A DNA stretch of 58,443 nucleotides, the filler included, from Sluysia triapertura (Eukaryota), in the NCBI GenBank assembly GCA_046118255.1. It is 5 parts of 5 records of this genome, joined end to end, with 100 filler letters (N's around TTAATTAATTAA, not from the genome) between each part and the next. Parts side by side here need not be neighbours in the genome. Positions count along the whole stretch, not along the records: positions 12,832 to 24,420 come from JBJNIA010183091.1; positions 24,521 to 35,346 come from JBJNIA010192962.1; positions 35,447 to 47,198 come from JBJNIA010173254.1; 2 more parts are not named here. One strand, given 5' to 3'. Below the pieces are notes generated by a model. That model worked only from the letters and a program-made list of their open reading frames with translations. It made no database searches and had not been told where the DNA came from. Shown here in pieces: positions 23,784 through 36,008 of this stretch. Position 1 is the first letter of the stretch, and each line of letters opens with the position of its first letter. The translations under genes were made by a program, and so were the position numbers.

Positions 23784-24420
23784 TGCACTTTTGAATTTTG
23801 TCTAGTCTGGAATTTTAATTGTGTTGCTTTTTTTGTTTTCTGCCCAATTAATAAAATTTTTATTTTATTTTCAATTCTATTATTAGTATACCCAATCAGA
23901 GTATTTTAGAGTATGGTAAGAAATATGCACTCTGATTGGGTTGTAAATAATTTTCATTTGTAAATGTTAGACTAATAACCGTCATCAGTACTGACATTCC
24001 AAAGACGTTTTTAAATTGTAGTATCAGTACTGATGGCGGCAGCAACTAATTTAATGGCTTTAATCAAAATTATTAAAATTATGTTATGTAAACAAGAGCA
24101 ATAATAATAATAACAACAATAATATTACTGTTATTATTATTATCAAGAAATAAAAATAAAGTACATAAATATTTCTTTTATTGAAAACCACAAGATCTTT
24201 TCTATTCTACATTCTTTCATTCTACATATATAAAATTAAGAGACATAAAACTGATGAAATACTGTGAAGGAGCAACGATAACAAGGTATACTCGTCTCGG
24301 TTATCGCTGTTGCTTCATATTTAAAATAATGAACTCTTTAAGACTTTATTAAGTTTATTTATAAAGGTAAAAGAAATGACTTGAGTTATACTTAAGACGA
24401 AGAGTGTTAGAATAAATTAC

Positions 24421-24520
24421 NNNNNNNNNNNNNNNNNNNNNNNNNNNNNNNNNNNNNNNNNNNNTTAATTAATTAANNNNNNNNNNNNNNNNNNNNNNNN
24501 NNNNNNNNNNNNNNNNNNNN
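24421..24520. other. Artificial contig linker
   Basis: N44-TTAATTAATTAA-N44. Confidence 0.97.
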
Positions 24521-24622
24521 TACTAAAAGTTTTAAAAAATGTGGTGTGGGTTTGTTTGGGGGCGCTAAGTAATATTTATTCTGAAAAGGGGGCGGTACGA
24601 CCGAAAAGTTTGGGAATCACTG
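24521..24622. mobile_element. End of a hAT (Buster/Charlie-type) element, truncated by the contig edge
   Basis: Terminus ...AAAAGTTTGGGAATCACTG (reverse complement CAGTGATTCCCAAAC). The flank TGTTAAAT fits the nnnTAnnn target. Confidence 0.7.
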
Positions 24623-27600
24623 TGTTAAATGAACGTCAGAACATTGTCAGCATTTTTACAATGATGATCATATTCAATAATATTAATTTCATTATGATAC
24701 GCATCATTTATTTCTTCAATTAGATCTCGTAAAATATTTATTTAGTACAATTATAGATTGTATTTTTTGACTTATTCTCAAGTTTTTCACTCAGAGAACC
24801 AATCTAATGATATTTTAGATTGATTAAAATAATTTTCTATATTTTCTGTTATGGCGAATTAAGTTTTGAAATTAGTTGTTGTGTGCTATAGAAAATTTTC
24901 ACTTTATATATTACTTTTTACTGTGAATTTATTATGACCAATAATTTTTAAATTTCATTCAAACTTTTCTATAATTAATTTCCATTAAATAATTATAGTT
25001 TAATTATTTATTTATGTACTAAAACTTAATAGTTATTTCGTATATGTATGTCTACTACTGTTCGTTTTGTCATTGCCATATTATTAAAATGGTTTGTTTT
25101 TCACTTATTCCTTCTTGCTAATTAACTGTGGTGAATTTCATCCTAAACTTTTATCACTCTATTTTTATTTTCTTCTTGATTTAGGTACATTTTTGAAATA
25201 TTTCTTTCTTAATTTCGGATTTTGAAGCTTTTTCTTTCAAACTAATGAGAATACTCCAGTTTCGAGTTTTAATTATCATTTATATTGTTGTAATATTGTT
25301 AAGATGTAAAAGTGGTATGTTTTATTTATTTTCATTTAATGTTGCATTCAAATTTTTGTAATAATGTTATTATATATTAAATTTATATTTATGTACATAT
25401 TATGAATCATTTATGTATTTATTATTATGACAATAGTGATTATTAAAATAAAATTATTTCAAGTACAAATAATCTAAAATAATTTTAAGTACCAAATAAT
25501 TTAGAATGCCTAGATTTAATAATTGCTTTTAATGTACAAAATACTTTACCATATTTAAACAGATCTCTGATAATAGCATATGAATCAACTGACTATTAGA
25601 CCTTCAAAAATAGTGTAAAAGTACTTACAAAATCAACATATATTGCCAGAAAAATATTTAATAATTTTAAAGAATCTTTTAATTATCTTCGATTGTTTCT
25701 ATTATACAAATTCAAATCAATTACTCTTCGACTATTTTATCACCATTTAAAGAATTATTTTGTAGAATAATCACTTGATTTAGAAAACTACTACTGCATC
25801 GCATCTTTTGAATTGGAATCTGATTGAAACTTTGATATATTACCTGATTTAAAAATTAGTCGTTGTCGTTCTACCTTTTTTACCGCGATATTAATCCTTA
25901 ATCTAAGGGTGATCCTTTATATAGTTAACTTATTAATTTAATGGTGATCCTTTTGTCGATTTTTAATTCTTTCAAATTAAATCAAAGAATTAATCAAAGA
26001 GTGAGAACTGTATAAATAATATAAACACCAGATATATAATATATTGGTACATTAAGTGTAATTCTTATTACAAAAGACTGATTTTAAATTCAACTTTAAA
26101 CTAGATATAAAAATATTATAATTTACGTGTATTTTAAACCTTCACTTGAGAAATCTTACTGTCAATAACAAAAGTCGGGGTTTCAAATCAGCCAAAAAAA
26201 TTTCGGCTTGGATTATAGCGAAAATTTTTCTAATGATTCGAAAGCCAATAGCTCGTTATCATTAGTCTTCATTACACACAATATGGACAGAATAGGTAAA
26301 AGTTTCTGTTAATTTAATTAGAAACATATTTGATCACAACTTTTCTAGTGAATGCTTTTTATTATTTTGTTTTGTTAGGATCTAAATACTACTAATGTCT
26401 TAATGCAAAATAATAATATTATTATAATACTAATAATAATAAATTGTAAATAATAATAATTACAAATAATAAAATTAATAATATTATATTATCATTCTTC
26501 TACAATAATTTTAATAGTGTAGTAAAAATAATACTAATAATATTAATAAGGCTCTATAGCCTACATTTTAAAATAAAGAATACAGAATAATCATATTTAA
26601 AAAATTCAGTACAAATAGTATGCGTGTACTCATTTATTTATCTGTCAGCCAATTATCTAGTTTACAGTGCACACTACTCAATTTTAATGCGCAAACCAAT
26701 AAAGAATACGTATACTCTTAAATTAATATTTTAAAATAAGCACTCAAGAGCATTAGCAAGAATTTCACAAATAACATAAATTAACTCTATTATTTTTTAG
26801 TCATTATTTGGAGAAAAGATAAACTATTTTAAATCCATTAATTTAAAAGAAAAAGATTATTTATATCAATAAAATCATCATTTTTTATTCGATAACACTC
26901 ATAACTTGCCAAATTACTTCTTTTCGTACATATTTCTACGTTATATATACCTATTGTTATTAACGTCACATTTTAGTAATAATATACATCTACAGTTTAA
27001 TTTTAGCCAAACCAGACCTTAAATATTAAATCTGCGCGCATCATTTTTATAAATCCTATTTAATTGAATTTAAAATATAAAGGGTTCAGTTATAGTTTTA
27101 CAGTGTTTTGTAAAGTTGTATCACTTTGGTTTAAATACGACGGTAAAATCTTATTTTTCGTCAAATATATCATTTAATTTAAACTAGATGAGGCTAGAAA
27201 ATAAATTTTAAAGAATTAACAAAAACTCAACCAGAATTCACATAGCAATTTACACAATATTAGCAAAGTTTATAAGGTTATTGCCTCTCGAGTGTTTGAC
27301 TCCAAGAATTACACTATCTTTATATGATATAAGACTTCTAATTTAGGCATCTGACCTCGCTTAACTGTGGACGAGCCTTTAATCCACAGGCGAACTTTTA
27401 AATTATTAAAAACAATTGTGATTGTAGGTTTTTATTAGGAAACCACATTAATTTAAACATAGACATTTCACTTTCAATTTTATTATTATTGAATTATATC
27501 TAAACAATTTCATTTGTTTTGTTTTTAAAAAGGGTTGACGATTTCGCCGAACAGTTTATATTAGAGTATAAAGTAATATTACAGTTATTGTATATTAAAT

Positions 27601-30600
27601 CATTATATTATCAAGCTGTACTTTTTTTGTCAAATTTTACTTTGTAATATTTTAATATATATTTAAGTATTGTTATATTTTAATGTATATTTTTATGTTT
27701 AATGTATGTTTTTTTATTAATTTAATTAAAGAATTTTTGTAATTTATAATTTAATAATTTTATTATTAAAATTTTAATTTTAATTATTATTAAAAATAAA
27801 CTAACGGTTATATAAATGCATTTATTAATATACAAATGAATTTATTTAAAATTTTTAAAAAGCGAATCTAGTACCATTGTACTTTAAAAAATATGTACCG
27901 TTGTACTCTGCAAAAATGTGAAGACCGTTTCAGGTCAAATCATTTAGAGAAAAGTATAAATATATGTAACACAGACTCAATCAAACACAACAGAAGTTAC
28001 TTAAAAAATCATCAGTGAATATTACAATATGTTTAAAGATCATTCAATAAATCATTCTGAAGATTAAGAATTTTTTCGATTAATTGAGATAAACTTTCGG
28101 AAACTGTTGTGTCTTGGACGAATCTAAGTTAACTTTTTATAAAAAAACCGATTATAATATTCGCAGAAAACGTACTTCTTTTAAATATCCTTTTTACTTT
28201 AGGATCTTATTTAAAATATCAACGCAATCTCGCTTTGAATACGCGAATATTAAATCTTTGAGCTATATTCCTTAGCACCTAAGCAACAGTTATTTAATAA
28301 AATATAGTACTACTACCACCATTAACCATTGTCTCTTGGCATCTGAGCAATAAATAATAATAATTATTATTAACACATAATAGAGAAAGTTATTAATCTC
28401 AGTTAACATTATAAGATGAAGTAAACTATTCAACCTCCATTAACTTATTTTTCTTCAAATCCTGCGGACTAGTCCTTAAGTACGTAAGCCTTGGATCGTA
28501 AGTGGACTCACTTTACAATTTACATCTTCATAACACATTCTTTCTTCTTTCCTCATCAATATTCATCGGATTGTATACTGTAAATGATAAATTGGTAAAT
28601 TTTAAAGGTTGTTTTCAGAGTGCATCACTTGTCATAATTCTTAGTTTCTGTTTTCAGAAAATTCAAAGAAACGTCAATGGAGCAAAATTTGTACAGTCTA
28701 CTATGTATTTATAAAACATTTCAGTGTACGTGTAGCAATAAGGACACCCTCAACAATTAAAGTAATTAACAAAATTAACTCCAATTATTATAAGAATTGA
28801 AATAAATTATTACCCACGTACACGATGTGACATTGGACCTGAAATAAAACTTAGCCATTTTACTCTGTTTCTAAATACAAAGTACATTCGAACAGAAATT
28901 GTGTTTACGTAAATAAGAACAAGATAAACAAATGCCATAGTTTTATGATAATTAAAAAAATTAGATTCGAAATTAGGTTTAATTTGGGACTAACTTGCGA
29001 TTAACTGAGGGCGTTTAACAAATGATAATTTTACTGATTTATAATTAATTGATATTGTTATTAAAGAAAAATTAAATTTGTTGTAATAATAACGATTGAG
29101 TAATGACAAAAATAATTATGGACTTAATTAAATATCATTTTCGTGATCATTGGATACGTAGTCTAAATAATATCCATTAATAAAACTAAAATGTAGATAA
29201 TACATATCTTTTAAATTTTTCATAAAAGTATGAATAATCTATTTTGACTTAAAGCTACATAATACATAAATTCAGCTGGAACTAATATTGGTACCATCAA
29301 AATCACATTTCTCGATAAATCTTGTAGATTAGACATTTCTTTGCAAGGCATATGGGACAAACCAACGTCATTGTAGTGACTTCATCATACTAATTAAAAT
29401 TAAAATAATAAAACTAATTACATCAAATGCAGTCATTTTAAGTATTTCAAAAATCATTGGCTGAGATTATACATGAACAATGATACGAAATGCACAACGA
29501 TATGATGATGATAAGAGAAGTGATGATGAAAATGAAAATAGTATATGAGATGAGAAGATGATAATGATTCAGACGATAGGGTTGACGATGATAATTGCAA
29601 TGATTATGATACTGTCATGATGTACAATGACAATATTGTTTACTTATTATGTTATTTATTTTAATTTTTTTATTGTCTTAATTGACGATTATTGCAATAA
29701 AATTCAATAGAATTTAATAGAATTTAAAATCCAATTAAATTTAAAAATATAATAATAATTTTAAATACTACGAATCAATAATAGTTTTAAAAGTAAAAAT
29801 ATAAATATCAGGCAACATTGGCAAAAATTAATTGAAAAAACATTATTCGACTCTTTGTTCTTTCGCTGTTTGTTAAAAACGATTTTGTGAAAAAATATAT
29901 CACCATATTCAAACCATTTTATAAACTATTTGTTATTCACTATTATTGGAAGAAAAAACTGTTAAAACATTTTGAAAAAAATATATCAAATTGCAATAAT
30001 CGTTAGTTTAATATTTTTAAGTCGACAATTTTAACAAAAAGTCATTAAAATTTACTCAAATTTTTATTTATTTGAAATTTCTCAAATGACCTTTTAAATT
30101 AGTCAGTATAAATTATCATTAAATCTGATTTAAGAAAGAATTTTTTAATCTTGCAAAATATTTTTTATTATTATAAGAATTTTATTACTCAAATTGCAAA
30201 AGGTTTATTGTACTGTTGGTGTATATTTAAATTTATTAATTAATTTTGATAACGTTACTCCTTAGGCTTGTAGATCGTATTGTAGATCATCCTAAACTCA
30301 TATACTTATTTTTCGATCCTTTTAATCCAAGTCGAAGTCAAATAATTTAAATTATATAGTTTTATTTTTATCAATTAATTAATTTAATTAATAAAATCAA
30401 TTTTATTAATTAATTAATTTTATACATTAATTGAATTTTTGATTTTTCGGCTTTTAAGACCGATTAATAAAATTATCATCTTTCGGTAAAATTATTGTCG
30501 TAATTAATCTCATTGTAAAGCGGAAATTGAACCCATCATATAAATTAATGCATAAATTTTACTAAATTCGCTTAAAACTGGAACTAGAACCTATAAGCCT

Positions 30601-32389
30601 ATTTTTCTGACTTTAATTGTAATTGCATTCCATAACATAATCTTAAAAGCTTGTATCTAAGTTAAGAATAGCATTAAAGTAGTTAATCGACCTCTATTAA
30701 GTTAGATTCTTTACAAATCAGTATAAGTTTAAGTGTTCATTAGTAGAAACCTACCAAAAGTAATGAACAAGATGATGATAATACTTCAGACAATAGAGCC
30801 ATTAATAGTAATAATATTAGTAACGGTAGAAATATGATTATGTGCATATTATAATAAGTGGAGTAACGATGATGATGACGAAACTAATGTACAAAATGAT
30901 GATTAGAAATGTGATTACAATGATAGTAATGAATTTGATATAAGTGATAATGAAGATGATACCAATTAATAGCTAATTTGCTATCAATAACTGAATTTAA
31001 AAAATTTATTTTATATTACCTAGAATAATAATATTAATAATAACAATTGTGATATTGTAAGATAGCAACAGCAATAGAAGATTCATAATACTTATAAAGT
31101 ATTTTAGTAACATAAAATACTCAGAAAATTTTCTTATAAAATATTGTAAATAAAATGGAATGTCTGAGAATACTGTGCGGTGTTTTAATTAGGTTCGAAT
31201 GTTGATTAAAATTTAGAAGCATCAGCAATTACATTGAAATTAGAATAGTAAAAAAAGCAAAAAATGATTAAACAGGAATTAGAGAGACAAACAATTGGGC
31301 GAACAACAAGCAACGAAGATCGATATTACTGACTCGTGATCGAACTATCAAATAATAAGGTTATTCAGTTTTAAACATTATTTATTTAAAGTTCGCCTAT
31401 TAATTATTATTTTTTATTACTCTCTTATGAATACGTCAATTATTGTAGATTTTCTTATTTTGATATTTAATAATCGTACATATAATATTTGTAGTTAGTT
31501 AAATTGATTTTTGAATAAACAAATTATTTACATATTTAATGTTACGTTAAATTAAAAGAGGGATTGAAGAATAAACTCTTAAACAAAGCACTTCCAGCTC
31601 GAAGGGCTGAGGCAATTGTAGGACTCACGCTGTCATATACAAACTCTTGGTTAAGAAGTAGTTAAGCAAGAGAATAAATTAAGAGAATAAATTAAACAAG
31701 TTAGATACAATATCTACGAAGCCTTAAAGATAATAAAGACTAAAAATAACTAAGTATATTATTGATTGAGAGCATCTATATTAAACCACGAATAGGAAAT
31801 TGTTATTATTTGACAAGTAACAACGCATTTTAACTAACGAACTCGACGAAATATTGTTTTAGAAACAGCAACTTAAATCCATATATACTTTTTACAATAT
31901 TTATAATAATGATAAAACAAAAATGGTAATAGTAAAATAATAAAAGTAATAGTCATAATAACAATATTAATAATAAAATATTATATTAATATTAATAATA
32001 ATGTTGGGAATCGAAACAAACAGAATCAGAACTAAACAAATGTAAGAGTAACAATAATTCTGCTGGAGTAACAATAAACAACAATATTAAATATTACTGC
32101 CATTGATTATAATAATATTAAATGATTTATTTATTATTTCTAACTATTATTTTATTTTAATTTTGTCTTTATTTTAACATTTAAACATTTTGGTAATTCC
32201 ATTTTGGTTATAATATTTTACTCTATTGATATTTTATTTTATTTTATTTATTAATAGTTTTTAAATATTATTATTATATTATAATATAAATGACAATTTT
32301 AAAAAATTATTGTTTTAATAAATCAAACATTTAATATAGCAAAACAAAAACAAGTAGGAAGTAAGAATTAGTATATATAATACTAAAAT

Positions 32390-33050
32390 TTTAGGAACAA
32401 AACGCAGTTTAGAATCGAAATACAAGAGTTGCAGCTGTAGCCAAAGATTATTTAATTCAATTTGTATTCCATGCATAAGTAAATTTTTAGTTGATAAGTT
32501 TTTAATTCTAACCTTAAATGTAGGATATTAAAATCGACTTAAATTTTAACGTATTATCCTATACCGTAAACGGATAGGTTAAAATCATTTCTAAAATCAA
32601 TTATTTTAGTATCTAAACAGTAAGTTTAAGATACCACAGTGTATATCTTTATTATCAGAGTAAAGTTAAACTGTAAACAACTAAATTATTGTAGATTTAT
32701 TTGTGTATAATAAAAGTATTAAGATAAACGTAGTTTTTAATTAACCCCTAAATATGAATCAGACCGTAACAGGCTGGTTTAAATTGTAAAATCTCTTACA
32801 TAATTACCAGACCGTACAAAGGCTGGTTTAACCATTAAATTGGACTGCAAATTTAAGGCTATAAAATGAAAGATAATTTCACGTTACTAAATCGCTTAAT
32901 ATAAACCTTCAAAGAGGCTAATTGCTACTTCTCTTACCTTAAAGACTAATTAGACCCTCGCCAGCTAGTGATATAAATCGTCTCTAATTAGCCGTTCTCC
33001 TCCAGACGTTAAAAATTTTGTTAAGTAGGTTCTTTTTAAGACAGAACACT
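32390..33050. repeat. Dispersed non-coding repeat, inverted homolog of ~44830-45520
   Basis: Collinear blocks ATTCCATG.ATAAGTAAA, TTATCCTA.ACCGTAA, TCAGACCGTAA.AGGCTG.TTTAA and AAATCGT.TCTAATTAG. Confidence 0.65.
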
Positions 33051-33250
33051 TGCAATATTAGTAATGATGATAGCAAAGAGTTAATGATAATATTAATAGT
33101 AATATTAATAACGATAATAATAGTAATACTAATAATAACGATAATAATAATAATTGTAATAAAGATAATAAAATGTTAATAATAATGATATTAACAGTAA
33201 TATCATTTAATTATTTAATTATTAGATTATGCTTGAATGTTATAATAATC

Positions 33251-33620
33251 CAGGGGTGGCCAAGCTTCTTGAGAGTCCGAGCCAATTTTCAAAATTCGAA
33301 ATTTTTCGCGAGCCGCAATTAAAAACGGAGTCCAGAGCACAATATCAACTGTCCGTTGCAATGAAAGTATACAAATTAAAAATCGGTCTGGAGTAGGTCG
33401 ATTAGTTCGTTCGCGCAGTTTTCGATGAGTCATATCATTCTTAACTTGGACGGAAATGAAATATGTTATATTTAGTCTTTCATATTTGTTGTCAGTAATT
33501 TAAAAGACATTTTGAAACACATACGGAACGATAATAATTTTTTAAAATATAACACAAAAATGAAAAGGAACTTGGTCCATTTATCGAGAGCTTCAAAGAG
33601 CCACAGTTTGGCTACCCCTG
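33251..33620. mobile_element. Complete 370-bp non-autonomous hAT (Buster/Charlie-type) MITE
   Basis: TIRs CAGGGGTGGCCAA / TTGGCTACCCCTG, with a perfect 8-bp TSD TAATAATC at 33243-33250 and 33621-33628. Confidence 0.93.
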
Positions 33621-35346
33621 TAATAATCGAATGTCTGAAAGAATAATGTGGGAACAAACAAAATCATTTTAAATTGAGATTATATAATGATAGTATGAAA
33701 TCCAAATTTAGAAACATTAAATGTTAATTATTATATGAACGAAATCATTTTAAACTGAGAAATAGTGCGGAATTTAAATAAAAAAATATAATAATAATTT
33801 TGCATAATAATTCCGAAATAATAATAAATTAATGTCGGAACAAATGCATCAATGGAATGTATATTAAATAGTAATGTGTATGTTTGTAAATAAAATTATA
33901 TTGACATTAAACGTATGATAAGGAAAGTAATAAATTGTATATTATAAAATTTGTAATATTAAAATTAAATAATGAATTGTGCGTAAAATAATAATAATAA
34001 AGTGTTATGTACAAATGATCTATACTAGTATAGAATAAATTTTTATAGTAATAACTTGTATATGTAAAAAGTAACTTATCAAATAATTAAAATTTTATGT
34101 CTTTCGTATATAGTGATAATAATTTGTACGAGTATATAAAAAGAAAGTCATTGGAAAATAAAAGAATATCAGAGATTTACGATAGATTTTATTAATAACG
34201 AAGACAATTATTCAAAACCTATCGATTCCATTAAGAAGAATTATCATTTAGACGAGAACTATCAATATTTAACCATTATTATTCTCATAAAGGTAATTTA
34301 TATGATTCGAATGTAGATCATAAATTTAACTAAATATAAATTTATTAAACCTATCAAACAACAAATTCAATGTTTACGATTATATGTATAAACATTTTTG
34401 GAGTTTATTGTTGAAATAAAAAATTTATTTTTGTGTGATTTTATTGATTTTTTAAATAGAGATTTAAAAAGAGGATTGAGAAATACAGTTAGAGAAATTA
34501 AGTTAGAAGTTTTGACTTATTGATTAAGCATTTAATGAACTAAACTCGACACAGTTCATAGCGCATAAAGTATAAACGTTATTAGACAAAGAGAAATTGA
34601 ACTTAATATTTTTGAGCGAATTTTTAGAAATAGTTCGAGAATATTATTACCTGAACAAGTAAGACTGATTAAAGTATAAAACATAGCGAGAATAAAAGAC
34701 CTGACATATATTATTATTATTTGCTAAGAGCATTAACATAAAAGATAGATTTTTTTAATTTTAGAATAATAATGATAATGTTAAAAACATCATAATACTC
34801 ACACTCATATAATACTTAAAGTTAATATTTAATAATTGTAAATAAAACTGCATGTAATGCTTGATTGAAATGTTTATCCAATAATCGAATGTTGAGATTA
34901 CAAAATTCTTATTTTATGTGAATATTAATAAAATGTTTGAAAAAGAAAAATAAAACCATTTTTAAATTGAGATAATATGAAATCAAAATTTACAAGCGCT
35001 TACTTTTGATTATTATACGAATAAAATCATCTTAAATTGACAAATAATACGAAATTTAGAGTTATTTTATGGAATTAATAATAATTCTTTATGTAGTAAT
35101 ATTTCATCTGTAGCAATTCTATAACTATAATAAATAATAATAATAAATAATAAATAGCTAATAAGTTAATACTAAATGATAATTTATGGGTTACAAATAA
35201 TTTTGTGAAAATAAATAGTTATTTGTTACTGAATTACTGAATATTGTTAGTAACATAATTGAATACTGTTTGTAATGGCCGGATATGAAAGGGCATTAAA
35301 TTGCAGTTTAAATTTAGAATTAACGTTGATGAAAAATAAGACTTAA

Positions 35347-35446
35347 NNNNNNNNNNNNNNNNNNNNNNNNNNNNNNNNNNNNNNNNNNNNTTAATTAATT
35401 AANNNNNNNNNNNNNNNNNNNNNNNNNNNNNNNNNNNNNNNNNNNN
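35347..35446. other. Artificial contig linker
   Basis: N44-TTAATTAATTAA-N44. Confidence 0.97.
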
Positions 35447-35483
<37 letters not shown>

Positions 35484-35490
35484 TAAATAC

Positions 35491-35971
35491 CTTTATTCTC
35501 AGTTAAAACTTTGAAAATATTGGAACCATTTTCTAGTTTGAATTCTTCGAATGCTTCCGATCTTGAAGGAATTCTAAAAATGAATTTATTATTATAATCA
35601 GTCTCTATAATTGGGAAGTTAGGTTTCTATCTCGTCTGTGATGACAGAGATGGTAATAGAAATCATTAATGTTTGAAGTCTGTAAATGTGTTTATAATAG
35701 AAATAAATCAACCAATAATATTTGAATTTATATATCGTACTTACTAAATCAATATTCACTAATAAAGGATTTGTGTGATAAGTCCAATAAGTGTACAGAG
35801 CTTCAAAATTGCATTTCTATTGAACTTATAATAATGTTAGACTTCGTAAAATGGACGGACCGGGAATCGAACCCGGGACCTCTCATGATTAAAAAACATG
35901 TATTAATGAAATAGTTTTAGTCACTCCTTTCCAATTTTTCATAAGGGTGGGAAAATAAAAGAAGTTCTACA

Positions 35972-36008
<37 letters not shown>

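Noticed and set aside
31540-31822. Solo LTR (TGTTAC...GTAACA)
   Set aside because: No TSD or second copy; a 6-bp inverted end can occur by chance.
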